Program-made: the position numbers and the translations under genes
Shown: positions 11,050 to 24,072 of the stretch, piece by piece
How positions within the stretch are numbered: position 1 is the stretch's first letter
Layout: the number at the start of each line of letters is the position of its first letter
The notes under the pieces: model-generated
Seen by the model: only the letters and a program-made list of their open reading frames with translations
Databases searched by the model: none
Told to the model about the DNA's origin: nothing
DNA from: Azolla caroliniana
Lineage: Eukaryota; Plantae; Polypodiophyta
NCBI GenBank assembly: GCA_043228905.1
Contig: JBHGNT010000015.1
Span: forward strand, 15,996,001 to 16,060,000
Reading direction: 5' to 3'
Length of the DNA stretch: 64,000 nucleotides

Positions 11050-11870
11050 CGTTCGATATCAGGGTGCACAGGGCACTACTGACACGGTTGAAATTGGAGC
11101 AACACGATATGTGACCAACAAAACGAGTACCAACAATTGATTAGATGACAAAAGAATCACAACCAGCAAATCCGGTCTATCGTGATAGCAAAGAAGGAGT
11201 TCCACGATTCTATCGTGAACCTGGTAAAGAGGAAGCGGCTCTCGACAAACCCAGCACCGGAGACACCGGTCGAAGTAAAGGCGGCCCAAATCGAAGAGGT
11301 GGCGATGGAAAAGGAGTTCTCAAAAAACCACCATATGAACCCTCACTGGGTGACGACGGAAACCCCTGTTCGAATCAGGGACGTGAAAGAGCCGATGGTA
11401 GCGTTAATCTACCACCGATCGGAGATTAACTTAATGTCCATCCACTTCTACAAGAAGGGTAAATGGCTAATCAACATGATGCACGGGTGGAAGATACATG
11501 CGGCGACCCGCGCTACCGAAGAGCTTCATGGTGCGTGCCCAAATGTCCGAGTAAGGGTCAGCGATGTCGAGATCGACCAACACTTTTTCGTGCAGGAGAC
11601 GTCCTTGCATCCGGTGATACTCGGCGAACCTTACATTACGGCGGCTCGTATGGAGACCAAAGTGCTGAACAACGGTTCGGCATACGCAAGGGTGAAGAGC
11701 TAGGACGGTAAGAACTCCGTCCAATCATGAAAGAAACCATGATTCTCTCTTCGGCGAGGGCCAAGGTGATTTTTAGAGAGCACTAGCAAGGCGTGGGGGC
11801 TGCGATAGTCCAGACAACCGGAAGAATCCCCACACATGTACCATAGGTAGGAAATTTCGCCCCTCTGATT
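11050..11870 (+). pseudogene. gag-end/protease fragment of the Trp-primed Gypsy family, opposite in orientation to the adjacent fragment
   Basis: ORF 11182-11703 (IAKKEFHDSIV...SEINLMS...HPVILGEPY) is near-identical to ORF 33199-33690 and the end of 33709-34560. Confidence 0.85.
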
Positions 11871-11889
11871 ATGGAGGTTGTATCATAAC

Positions 11890-14145
11890 TGTTGAGCGAG
11901 CAAGCTCAACCGGATCGGGATCAGCTAAATAAGCCAGAGCCGGATCGGTATCCGGAACGGAGAGCTGGATCGGTGTCCGGATGATATCCGGAACGAGGAG
12001 CCGGATCGGATTGAAACTAGTAGGCCGTTAGAGGCCTACGGATCCAGCCTAGTATGTAGGCATATTTTTGGGAGTCAATGACAGTCGCTCGTATGAACAT
12101 TGAAGTACATGTCAGTACTTCTGCAGTCCTTTATGGACTTGTATAAAAGTGCTCTCTGAGCACATTCCATGTACACAGAATATTAAGAGTATTATTTTGA
12201 ATTGAGTTTATGTTCTACTCTCTCTCTCTCTCTCTCATGCGTACACGTACTCTCTGTGTGTATTGAGCTTTCCTTTTATCTTTTGTTGCTATCTGGCTGA
12301 GCCGGTTTGTCAAACGCTTCCGCACGTTCACTTTGACATGATATCAGAGCGTGAGGATTGAGAACCTCTGCAACCGACAGACGCTTTCGAAGACAAACCC
12401 TAATACCTGGTAAGGACAAATAGAGAAAGGTATGGACAGCGGTATGGCGAGTTCACTTCTAACAGAGAAGCTCGACCGGAGCAACTATGTGTCCTGGTCA
12501 TATAAAATGCACTAGTACTTGTTGGGGCATGGTTATTGGAGCTACGTGGAAGGAACCAACGAGGTAGCACCGGAGCCGGCAAACAAAGACTTCTAGGCAT
12601 GGGAGCAAGGAGCGAGCCGAGTATTGTATTGCCTCGCGTCTGGTGTGCACGATCAGATGCTCAGCTACATCAAGGATGCAAAAACGCCAAAGGAGGCCTG
12701 GGAAAATCTTCGGAAAATTTTCGCCGCAGTACCACAGCCCGTAAGTTGCAGCTCCGAGAAGAGCTGAACAACATCCAACAAAGAGACATGTCGGTTATGG
12801 ACTACACCACCAAGATAAAGGATATTTGTGACGCGCTTGGGTCCATCAACGTGACGGTGTACGAAGACGAGATGGTCCAAATCTGTCTCGGTGGTCTAGC
12901 ACATCGGTACGGGCCAAATCGGACGGCAATTTGCACCCAGGAGAAACCACCGTCCTTCTTCGACTTACAATCAATGTTGATGGTCGAAGAAAACCACACG
13001 AGTGGGTTGGGGACCACTCAATCGAACATTCGGATGTTGTACACGGAGGCGGATCGACCCCGTGGGCGTGGAGGACGAGGTGGGTCTGAACGCAATGGAA
13101 GCGGCTGGCAAGAGCAGAACCGAAGGCACGGAGACTGTGCCGACAATAGTTCTGAACCCTTCACAAGCAGGGGGAGTCAAGTCGGAGCCGGAAACCGGCA
13201 AGGAAAAGCTGACATGGAATGCTGGTACTATGGCAAAAAGGGCCACAGGGAAAGCCAGTGCTGGAAGAAGCGCACCGATTCGGACAAATCCAGATCTGGT
13301 AAAGCCGGATGGGAAAACCGGCAAAGCTCGCACTACGTAGAAGGATCGGAAGGATCCGGAACCGGGAAGACCAGTAAAGGGCCAGCCTTCGTGATGAAGT
13401 ACAAGGCTAACTCGATGAAGAAGACTACTTCCAAATCAGAGGAAGTATGGTACGTTGATTCCAGAGCGTCCAACCACATGACAAGCCATGAAGAGTGGTT
13501 CTCCTTTTTGGAGAAACCGGAACAACCAGGGATTGTCGAAACTCGAGACAACACCCCTCACCCAATTGTGCGTGTCGGAGAAGTCTGTTTAAGCCATGTC
13601 GGACAAAAGGGGAAGCTGATGAACATACTACATGTTCCGACTATCACAAAGAACTTGGTATCGATTGGACAAATCGTCGACCAGGGGATGCAGGTGCGGT
13701 TTACGCACCTCGTGTGATTCATCGAGGAAGAAGGATGGATAATTGCGCAAGGGCACAGAGAAGGGAGGATGTTCATCCTCAACACTAATGACGTCGGCAC
13801 TGCCATGTTTTCCAAAGGACAGAAGATTGAATCGGATATCGATCTCTAGCATAAGCGGATCGGCCACGTCAACTACCGGAGGCTTCAAGATCTGCAATCG
13901 AAACAAGTTGTGTTCGGATTACCGAAGTTTCGGAAGGCCCAAATATCTGAAGCCTGCCAACTCAGGAAGCAACACTGGCTTCCATTCCCCACCGAACGAA
14001 ATTGGAGCCGTAACAAGCTCGATCTAATCCATTCGGATGTATGGGGACCAGCACAGAATGTTAGTCTTGGCAGGAGTTGGTATTTCGTCTCCTTCATCGA
14101 CGACTACAGCCAGCACACGTGGATCTATCTCATCGATAAGAAACG
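11890..14145 (+). mobile_element. 5' part of Copia-B1 (LTR 11890-12338, PBS, gag, protease, start of integrase), truncated
   Basis: TGTTGAG...TTTGACA LTR, PBS tgatatcagagc at 12339-12350, gag start MDSGMASS at 12432, WYVDSRASNHMT protease, HSDVWGP integrase; contains stops. Confidence 0.9.
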
Positions 14146-15868
14146 TGTGAAATGCAACGTGCGGAAGCTATACGAAACACAGAATACCGATAGAGAAAAA
14201 CAGGTTTAATGGAGAGCTTAAGACACAATGTACGTGGGAGAGACAGAGACAGAATGAACACACAAAGAAACTAAATTCGAATAATGTGTAAAACTCTGTA
14301 CATAGGATGTGCTCAGGGAGCACTTTTATACAAGTCCATACGGACTGACAGAAGTACTGACACGTACTTCAATGCTCATAATTGAGCTCCTACACTAACT
14401 CACAAATATATTCCCTCACGGAATATCTATTCAATGGCCTCCCAGTTTCCACACCGATCCGGCCTCTTGTTTCGCACCGATTTATGCACCGGTTTACGCA
14501 CCGATCCAGCCAATGTTGAGCTTGTATCTCAACACTCCCCCTCAAACTCAACTTGAGGCTCTTCCAGTCCTACACTCCGGTTTCTCTTGACTTTACGCCT
14601 CGCTCGTGCTCCTCGACCTATTCGGCTTTGCGTGCCTCGACCCTTACGGTCGGCTTGTCTGCTCATACGGCCTTTTCTAGCTCCCTTCCTGTCACGGTGT
14701 TGGCGCCTCTTCTATTGCCCTTTCTTCTGCTTGGCCTTCAGTTGATTCGGTGTCTCCGAATCAAACATCCGAGCCGAATCGGCTGCCTCCGATTCATCTC
14801 CGCTTTTGTCCAAATTGGCTGTCTCCAATTCGTCCTCAATCTTGGCCTTCTCGCCCTTGTTGGCTTCATCTCTCCCATGCTTGGCTAGCTCCGGCTCTTT
14901 CTTTCGGCTACTGCTCTCTCGTCCACTTCTGGACTCTTCCGTGGATCCAGCTTCGGCTTCTTCAGCCGACATCAAATCGAATTCGTCATCTGATTTGATG
15001 TCGCGGTCACTTCCGCTCCTTTCCTGCTCCTTTCCGTGGTCTTGCGGGACTTTTCTTCCCCTCAAGTTCGGCACGTCAAAGTGCCGCAACCCAAGCGCAC
15101 CCGAGAATTGCTGCAACTTGTCCAGACCAAGGGGCTTGGTGAAAATGTCAGCGGTCTGTCGATCCATCGAAACATACTGAAGTTCAACTTCACCAGAGAG
15201 GACACGCTCACGGAGAAAATGGTAGTGCACCTCAATGTGCTTAGTCTGGGCGTGCAAGACGGGGTTCTTCGCAAGTTGGATGCTGCTGAGGTTGTCGCAG
15301 TAGATCGTCGTCAAATCAGACACCTCCACCTGCATATCCTTAAGTAGCCGCTTCAGCCATATGGCTTCGCATGTTGCGACAGCCGCTCCTCGATACTCAG
15401 CCTCTATGCTCAACAGTGCAACTGTCGGCTGCTTCTTGCTACTCCATGCGATTGTGGCGCTCCCATGGGAGAATGCGAATCCGGATGTGGATCGGCGATC
15501 ACCGGCGTTTCCGGCCCAATCGACATCTGTATAGCCGACTAGTTGTGCGGCAGTACCGATTTGATATAGTAGCCCCCAGTCCTTAGTGCCACTGACGTAC
15601 CTAAGTACGCGTTGCGCGCACTGAAGGTGCTCCTCAGTTGGCTGTGCCATGAACTGACCTATCAAGCCGACCGGGTAAGTGAGGTCCGGCCGGGTGATAG
15701 TCAAGTATATGAGGCTTCCGACAATCTGTCGGAACCTTTTTGGGTCTCAGACCTTTCCAAAGTTGGGGCGAAGCTTCACGGTTCTGTCGAGAGGAGTTGA
15801 GACAGACTTACAGTCTGCCATCCCGAACTTGAAGAGCATACTCAACACATAATGTCGTTGGCTGATCA
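14146..15868 (-). mobile_element. 3' part of Copia-B2 (RT end, RNase H, C-terminal extension, PPT, 3' LTR 14146-14534)
   Basis: ORF 14712-15704 has YTDVDWAG / EAEY / KHIEVHYHF. PPT ctccccctca borders 14535. Confidence 0.9.
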
Positions 15869-18053
15869 CTAGGCCCTAACGGGTTGCCGGCTCCCAGCCG
15901 ATCTAGTATATGGCTTCTTTGGCCGGCTCTCTCCCGTCGATCCGGCTATTAGCTTCTTTAGCCAACTCGGCCTTTCGACCTATAGCCAATTCAGCTCATG
16001 TTGAGCTTGTCACTCAACATTCTCCCTCAAGCTCAACTTGAGGTTACCATTTGTCTGCTTTAGCTGCTCCTCCACTCCGTCTTCTCTTGGCTTCACGCAT
16101 CCTTGCTGGCGCTCCACAACTCGTCTAGTCCCACATTCCTTGACCCGTCTAGATCGCTTGTTTGCTCGTAAGACCCTCATTGGCCACTGAAGCCCTTCGA
16201 CTCGTCAACTTCTCCGCGTCAGTGTCGACTTCAGTTGCCTTCTCATTCGTTCGGCTCTTACATTCGGTTCGTTCGAATCATTTTCTCTTATTCGAATTGG
16301 TTGTCTCCAATTCATCTTCAGTTTGGCCTTTAGTTCTAACAGCTCTATTCTTCCAGGCTCTCCCCATGTGTTCAGTTGGCTTCGGCTCTGGCTAGTCCAA
16401 CTCGCTACTCCCTTGTCGGCTAGTCTCCCCTTAGCCAATTTGCTTCCTTCAATTCTCCCCTCATCAGCTCCCCCCCTCAAGTGACGCACGTCAAGATGCT
16501 ACAAGCCCAGCATCTCAGAGAAGTGTCATAAGTCAAGTACAAGGAGCTTGGTGAAGATGTCGGTCAACAGTCGATCAATCGAAACATATTTTAGTTCAAC
16601 TTCACCATTGAGAATATGCTCGCGCACAAAGTGATAATGCACTTCTATGTGCTTGGTCAAAGCGTGGAAGACGGGATTCTTCACAACTTGGATGTTGTTG
16701 AGGTTGTCGCAGTAGATCAACGTCAGATCGGCAACCTCCACCTACTGATTCCTCAATAACCACTTCAGTCATATGGCTTCACACGTAGCGGCAGTTGCGC
16801 CTCGATATTCAGCCTCAGTGTTCAACAATGCTATTGTTGGTTGCTTCTTGCTACATCAAGCAATCGTTGCACTCCCCAAGGAAAACGCATATCCTGATGT
16901 CGATCGACGATCGTCAACGTTTCCAGTCCAATCGGCATCCATGTAGTTGACTAACTATTTCACTACACAGTCTGATATAGCATTCCACGATCCTTGGTGC
17001 CACTAACATATCTCAATATCTGATGCACGCACTTAAGGTGTTCGGCTATCGACTTCAACATGAATTGATGTATCAAGCTGACTGGATAACTGAGGTCTAG
17101 CCGAGTGATTGTCAAATCAATCAGGCTTCCAACAATTTGTCGGAACCGTGTCGCGTCACAAGTCAGCCCAAACCGAACTAAACTTAACCGAACCGTTAAG
17201 CCATGGTTGAACGGTTTATTGGTTCCCAAAAAAATTAATGGTTTGGTATGGTTTGGATTTTCTATAAACGGTTAGGTTTTAGTTTGGTTTGGTTCTAAAA
17301 CTCGGGTTTATAGGTTTATCGGTTTTTGGTTAACTTTTTTTTTACCTTAATAGTTTATTAATTTAATGGTTTAATTAATGGTTTTTTATTTATTTAATTA
17401 ATTTAACTTAAATGCTTATTTAATTTAATGTATTTTTGTTTATTTAGATGTTTAATTAGTTTGATTTAAATGGTTAGGTTTAAATTTTTTATTAAATGGT
17501 TCGGTTTGGTTTCAACTTTTCCTAAACAGTTTGGCTTGTTTTTTTGTTTTATATAAACGGTTCAGTTTCGATTCGGTTTCGTGCCCATCGCTAATTCCTG
17601 TCACGAAGAGTCGAAATGGATTTGCAATTCGTCGTGCTGAATTTGAAGAGCATATTCAACACATAATGCCTTTGGCTGATAAATATACCTTCGGGGGTAT
17701 GAATCACTTTGATCCCGAGGACATAGTGAAGGTCCCCCAAATCCTTCATATCGAATGTCGCTGACAATTGACACTTAACTTGGCCAATTTCATCAAGATC
17801 AACATTAGCATGACCAAGTCATCCACATATAGCAATATGCTGACTGGTCCTTTCCGACCTTGTTAGATGAACAGAGAAGAATCTGATTTTGACGACCAAA
17901 ACCCCCTCCAACGCAATCGTTGCATGATCTTCGCATTCCAAGTTCACGAGGCTTAGTTCAATCTATAAAGGGACTTCTTCAACTGACAAACCAGTTATTC
18001 AATTCGTATTGAAATCCGAGAGGTTGCACCATGTAAACTTGTTCCTCAAGGTC
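15869..18053 (-). mobile_element. Degenerate 3' part of Copia-B3 (RT, RNase H, partial LTR ending 16019), interrupted by a MITE
   Basis: ORFs 16526-16741 and 16963-17229 are RT/RNase H-like. The LTR end tgttgagcttgtcactcaaca is followed by a PPT. Confidence 0.8.
17165..17593. mobile_element. Truncated non-autonomous DNA transposon (hAT-like MITE)
   Basis: AT-rich 430-bp insert in the Copia RT with many AAACCG/CGGTTT subterminal motifs. The right end GTGCCCATCGCTA resembles a TGCCCACCCCTA-type TIR. The left TIR was not found. Confidence 0.6.
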
Positions 18054-18841
18054 AATTCAATCTTCTTTTACATTTCCTTCATTGAGTTTGTTAGTGTCTT
18101 ATACTTTTTGACATGCTACGTTGAGCACTAGATCGATTCAAAGTAACATTGAAGGAATATGCATCGTGAAAAAACTTAGATAAGGTTGTTTAAATCTTTT
18201 TAGTTGATGATTTTGATAGTTTCCACCCATCCAACAAATAATCAAAGAGGTATCTAAACTAAAATATCATGAGTCTACTTACCCACCATAGATCTCAGCT
18301 TGCATTCCAATCCTCAATTTACCAGTTTCACAACTTGATTAATATTTGCAGCCTCACTTCAAACACTACTTGCTTTTGATGAGATTTCTCACCAAATTTC
18401 ACCTTATGTGCCCTGTTTTTATCCCGATTCCCTACCATCGCACATAAACCTTCCTCCAGCTTTAAGACTGGAGAACCTCACAATTTTCACCGTTGTACAT
18501 TAGAGAACCATTTAATGCTAATGTTGAAACTCTTAGAAGGTTCCCTTGAGGCATAATGGATTACCAATCACCTTCAGACGTCCATTCAAGTGCATTCTCC
18601 TATTCATTTAAAATCCTATTAACAAAGCCTTGAAACACACCAAATCACAAACTTGCAAAGACATTTAGATTAAATACCAAACGTTTGTCCAAATCATTTT
18701 ATGGGCTCCTTTTAAGGAGCTTGAAACAGTAAATTTAAGAAGACATTATTGAATTGATGAGCTATTGTCATCTACAAGTGCACTTTTGTGCATTCGTTTG
18801 TGATCAAAAATTTTGAAACTTCCGAATCTATTTTGCCAAGT

Positions 18842-18961
18842 TTATAGCTTGGACATAGGACCGTGCATTTCTGTCTTAGTTCCATTGTGGCATTTGATAT
18901 CTGTATCAGGATATGAAGGCGGGACATCTATGGCGGGTGAACAATTAAAAAATCCGTGAGG
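18842..18961 (-). CDS. CuAO: CuAO exon 12 (PTS1)
   Basis: [15 protein letters not shown]...MSKL-stop. Confidence 0.93.
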   Translation of the reverse strand, partial: PHGFFNCSPAIDVPPSYPDTDIKCHNGTKTEMHGPMSKL

Positions 18962-21900
18962 CTGCAATGACAAATCATAAAGGGCTCTCATTCTCAAGTT
19001 TTGAAAGATGTAGACATAATGCACCTTAAAAGTCAATATGGCACCTACTACAGTACTTACCAGTAGTGAAAATCCTATTCTCTCAACCGGCATCACGGGC
19101 CAATCTTCTAATCTTGGAACATGGGTCACTCCAAACACATACCTGAGTACACAAAGAAACTCTAGATATACACATTCATGTATACATACATAGAGATATA
19201 AAGAGAGAATAAAAAGGGAAAAAAGAAAGAACAGATTGGGTGTCTGTTTGATGCATATATGCACCTGTAGGACATGTATTTACAAAAATAATTGATTTAA
19301 GCAAAGACCAAGAGTTGATTACTAACAAAGACATATAGTATGAGGCAATATAATGCTGAAAAGAATGGCACAAAGTAACTTTTTTTATATTTGTATGTGT
19401 GATTTGTTGGTAAGTGTGCGTGATGTGCTATGACATTATGACATTATGTATATGACTGTAACTTGTTTTCTAGCTCATGTATGAATTATGTGTATGCATT
19501 TATGCAGATGTGCATGATAAGCATTGTATGCATGTATGTACTTATGTATGTAGTATGTGATGTTATGTATGCATGCATATAACTCTGATGTATGTAGTAG
19601 ACACAATCCAATTTAATATTATGCAATACCATAGCACAATATCTGCGTCTTCTAGTTGCCTATCCTGCTGCACCCAGGTTGGCAAACCTTCTCCCACACG
19701 AGGGTTTTGATTCGGAAACTCGCCTGCAGGGAATTGTTCATCCTTCTTGTATTGAGTCACCCAAAGGTTGTGCCTCAAAAAGTCAGCTCTCCTCAGAAAC
19801 TTTGCTTCCGAACCAGCAAGAGGAAGACAATTTGATCCAGGAACAAGCTTATACCCAGTCAACTGTCCTGTTCTATTTACAGATCGTGTGTTGCGAACCT
19901 ATATGCACACAAACATACTAGCTCATTACTTCTACATATAGCTATTAAAAGAAGTACCCATCATCATGTTACATGTCACTTTTTTCTAGTGTGCATATAC
20001 TCACTATCCAATGCCGAGCTGCATGAGGATTGCAGTCTCGCATAGCCTGTAGCTCAGTGCGAAGAAGCTTCTCTTCAGCATAGAACGCATTATTGTGCAC
20101 ATTATCTGGGCCAGGCTCCTCAACTTTAAGATCTACCTCCACAACCTATCCCAGCATGGAGACACAATAAAGAACAATATGAAGTCACCATCTTCAATAC
20201 AACCATAAAAATAGATTAAATGTATAAACATCATGAAAACTGATATTATCAATTGGCGATGGATCTAGTATTCTGTTCAGTGTAACACTCATTTTTGTGG
20301 TTTGAGATCATGAATACTAATATTATCAAATGATGATGGATCTAAATTTTTGTTCACTGTAGAAAACATTCATATATAAATTACTTTTCTTCTTAAATAT
20401 AGCTTTTACAAATTCAGCTTCTGAGGCCATAAGGGTTGAAATGAAATCATCAACAAAAGTAAATCCCAAACCTGATTAAATGTCTCGCCTGGTTTGCAGT
20501 CCACAGCCATATTCAAGCGTGCAACAAAGAAATGCTGGTGTACAGGAGCATAGAGACCAGGTGCTATCACAGTTCCATGCTTACGAGTTTCCCCTGGCTT
20601 CAGAGACCCTAAGCTTAATACACCCGTAAGCTTCACTTCAGCTTCAACCCGCCCATCCTTAAAACATGAAAAATCAGCATATGAGAACCATGTGAGCTAC
20701 GTCTCTGTTATAAATTCAGCAGTAAGATTGTCGATTAAAACCTGATAAAAATGCCAAAAGAATCCATATTCATAATTTGCAATGGTACAGAAGAAAGAGG
20801 CAGTCAGGCGTCTCGACCGGCGCACTTCCGACAGACCAGAGCGCCAATCTTGATGCTTCCAAAGCACTCCAAAATCTTCTTCATGCAAGCAAACGCAATT
20901 TTCAATTGTCTCCACACCACCGTTGAAGTTTGTAAAATGTGCATCAAAATACTTTATATGCCCTAGACAATCACACCCCTTCAAAATGGAAAATTTTAAT
21001 TTATAACCTCCATAATGATATCCAACACCCCAATGCCACGAACTTATTAACCATGAGTAATTTGACTAACCCTCTTCAAGGAATGTGCATTCTTGCCAAG
21101 CCCATCTTCTCCTGCATCAAATGCATTTTTCCTATAATGAGGCTCATGTGGATCACCATAAGGAACGACCATTTCCACAAAGCTGAGCCTATGTGCAATT
21201 GATCGCCGACCAAGACTGCCATCATTGTATGCAACACAATGAATCACTAGGCCTTCCCTTGGTGTAAAGCCAATACGAAAGTTCCACTGCATGAAGAAAC
21301 AAATGCAACTCAAATACATTAAAGAAAGGACAAAGCCCTAATACACCCCTAACTTTCATATCGTACAATAATAGCCCTAATTTTTCAAAAAATACCAAAA
21401 TAACCTTCTGTATTTGTAAATTACTTTTGTATTACAATGGTGTATCTAGCAATATGTCAAATTTAAGGGGTAATCAGGTAGATACTCAACAAGTTAGGGG
21501 TACTTTGAAGTATTTCCCTCAAAGAAAACATGTGGCATCAACTTAAGAGTTACTTCAAATGGCCAAAATATAGAAGCCAACCACCTTTTGCCATTCGACT
21601 GCATAGCCATTAACACGAAAACTAGGCCCTTCAGGTTGTATGATAAGCAATGGCTTAACATCACTCCTATCCACACCACCTCGTGTTTCAGCCGCTGTGT
21701 AGTTCCTTAGAGGATCAGGTGGTGGAAGTGGAATGAGTTTACAATCTTCAAACTCAATAATCTGCATATGTTGCATATCCACAAGGATGTGTATCCCTTC
21801 CACAGGCCGGGCATAACCATTCTCCATCGGACAATCGCTATCAGTCCTACAAAATATCAATGGTCTTGCAAGTCTCCTACTCGGTGCATCTTCTTCTTTG

Positions 21901-23556
21901 TGATATCCAACGCACCTAGAGAAGAAGATATCATGAATTTCAAAAATTCACCCATACTCACCAGCAGTCACCAGGGAAAAGGTGCAGTAATTCATTAAAA
22001 TGCCAATTGAGCATTTAAACTGGCCCCGATAAGAAATATTTATAAAAATAAGTAATCCAATAGAAAGATACAAATTCTCTACTAATTTACTGTACAACAT
22101 TATATAACAAGGTGGAAACGAAATTTACCATGCATCTACCATCACAAGATCCATATCAGTGATGCCCCTCTTCTTCATGGCATCTCTAAATGGGGGGTAA
22201 GCCTTCACCGTGGCCTCACAATCTGCATATTCCAATGCATCCTGAATGGAAAATAGTAAATGATCCCTTAACTCTACATGTCATAAAATAAGATTACTAG
22301 TTCCAAATACATGCAAAACCTTCAAACTATTCATTACCATAGGTGGTTGCACATCATGTATTACTTGAGAAAATAAGACCTTTCCACGATGATGACCACC
22401 GCGAGCAACCGCATAGACCTCACTTAATTCAACAACCCAAACAGTAGTTTCATTGGTGAGCTTGTTGTACACAATCAACCTTGCTTGACGAGGGGGCAAT
22501 TGGCATGGGATAAGTATCGGTCCCCCTTTCCCCTTTGGAATAAAGGAAGGTTGGAAAGGAGGGAAGAAATAAGCATCAGCTAAAGCAAGCACATGCTTCT
22601 CAGGCTCTTGAAGCACTATCTCCACAAACCGCATCCCATCCCGGATCTGAAGAGTTAAGAATAAAGTGTCTATGTGGATTGCAGCATATCGTTACATATA
22701 TGCTCACAAACAAAATTATACAGTTTATAGGTCTATCCTTGATTGTATAATTGCATATATGCATGAAAAACATAGAGCTAACGAGATATCAAGTTTAGCT
22801 TAAGTGACTCCTGGATTGTATAATTGGTTGTATGCATATATTGAAAGTTCACCCTGATCATCACATTTAAGTCTATGGTATGATTTGTTATAAAATTAGA
22901 TACCGATTAGTGTTCTCATTGCAGACTGAGAGAACATAAAATATAAGGATATATAATATAGCTTCAGATAAAAATCAGACACCTAAACAGGTGAGAGAAA
23001 AAAAACTAAGATTTTGATATGATGTAAAAGAATGATAAGTGGTAACTTACCTCTGGAGTAGCACCTGCAGCTCTGACTGTAGCTATGGCAACTGCGATTT
23101 CAGCAGGAACCAGTGGATCCAACGGATGGATAGATTGAGGGAGTGGCACAAGGCTGATTGCTACATTAAAACACGCCGAAAATAGAATTAAAAAACATTC
23201 AAACTCTGCTTCTATGTGAAGGTAACATGTGGATGCATTAAGGGAAATATATTCAGAAAACCGAAAGATATTCCCACACATTGCATTAAAAGGAGCCCCT
23301 TATGCGTGTGCTAGAAGCGTATATAGCAAATATGTGTTACTATATGCATCTTTTGGATTTACAGGTACTACTCCATACCTTTCACAACACCGGGCTTATC
23401 ACTGATACCAGGCTGGAGCATAGGAACGGACGAAGAAGATGAAGAAACAGCGGGTGAATCTTCGAGAATATTCCAGTTGGCATCGAGAAGATCCCTCCCA
23501 GACGTCGATTCCCTCGTGATGGAGAGAGACGGCGCCTGTTTCTGATGTGGGGCCAT
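18842..23556 (-). CDS. CuAO: Peroxisomal copper-containing amine oxidase (CuAO zeta / clade III type), 12 exons, about 763 aa
   Basis: Exons (minus): 23556-23379, 23160-23051, 22646-22338, 22241-22129, 21915-21585, 21286-21071, 20978-20742, 20657-20472, 20145-20005, 19898-19630, 19142-19061, 18961-18842. All introns are GT-AG, phases are consistent, CDS is 2292 bp. Motifs: HPLDPL, TPQ site T-I-A-N-Y-E-Y, copper ligands HQH and THVPR, PTS1 SKL-stop. Confidence 0.95.
19061..19142 (-). CDS. CuAO: CuAO exon 11
   Basis: [27 protein letters not shown]. Confidence 0.93.
19630..19898 (-). CDS. CuAO: CuAO exon 10
   Basis: [21 protein letters not shown]...DIVLW. Confidence 0.93.
20005..20145 (-). CDS. 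CuAO: CuAO exon 9
   Basis: [12 protein letters not shown]...ARHWI. Confidence 0.92.
20472..20657 (-). CDS. CuAO: CuAO exon 8 (HQH copper ligands)
   Basis: [12 protein letters not shown]...APVHQHFF...FNQ. Confidence 0.94.
20742..20978 (-). CDS. CuAO: CuAO exon 7 (TPQ active site)
   Basis: GCDCLG...[15 protein letters not shown]. Confidence 0.94.
21071..21286 (-). CDS. CuAO: CuAO exon 6
   Basis: [12 protein letters not shown]...NAHSLKR. Confidence 0.93.
21585..21915 (-). CDS. CuAO: CuAO exon 5
   Basis: CVGYH...[10 protein letters not shown]...VEWQK. Confidence 0.93.
22129..22241 (-). CDS. CuAO: CuAO exon 4
   Basis: [13 protein letters not shown]...LVMVDAW; AG/GT borders. Confidence 0.92.
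22338..22646 (-). CDS. CuAO: CuAO exon 3
   Basis: IRDGMRFVE...DVQPPM; AG/GT borders. Confidence 0.92.
23051..23160 (-). CDS. CuAO: CuAO exon 2
   Basis: [26 protein letters not shown]; AG/GT borders. Confidence 0.9.
23379..23556 (-). CDS. CuAO: CuAO exon 1
   Basis: ATG MAPHQKQ..., in-frame TAA 12 nt upstream, donor AAAG|GTATGG, phase 1. Confidence 0.75.
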
Positions 23557-23665
23557 GTGGAGGGGTTAGCGAGGGGGGGAGGGGCGGCGGGGCCCTTCTT
23601 CTGCTGAATCACGACGGGGGGGGACAAGCGAGATGACATGCAGTAGCAGCAGGACCTAACAGTCT

Positions 23666-23795
23666 GAGAGAAACAGAGACAGAGAAAGACTGATGATTGA
23701 AGAAGAAGAAGAAGAAGAAGCAGAAGAAGAAGAAGCAGACGTAGCAGAGAAAGACTGATGATTGAAGAAGAAGAAGAAGAAGAAGAAGAAGCAGT
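23666..23795. repeat. (GAA)n/(CTT)n microsatellite in a duplicated unit of about 65 bp, in the probable CuAO 5' UTR
   Basis: agagaaagactgatgattgaagaagaa... occurs twice. Confidence 0.8.
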
Positions 23796-23819
23796 AGACA
23801 TAGAGTATTCTGAGAGACA

Positions 23820-24072
23820 ATACGTATACCGTATACGTATTCGTATAAGTTGTATATACACAACCGTATACCGTATATTCGTATATATGTACATACACTC
23901 AAATCTTTTCCCTATACATAATGTACATATTATGCTAATATGCTGATATGCTAATGTGTATGTATATGCATACATATATGTACATACATGGAGGTATGCA
24001 TATATACGTACATATATGCATATCTATATGTGTGTATATCTACGTATATGTCCCGAAGCCCCCCCCCCCCCC
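23820..24072. repeat. TA/TATG low-complexity tract and poly-C upstream of CuAO
   Basis: Alternating purine-pyrimidine TATACG/TATG repeats; C run at 24059-24072. Confidence 0.7.

Noticed and set aside
23382-23975. 197-aa ORF with a poly-Leu 'signal peptide' as an N-terminal CuAO exon
   Set aside because: The poly-Leu/Ser comes from the CTT microsatellite, the frame differs from CuAO, and it stops before the donor site.
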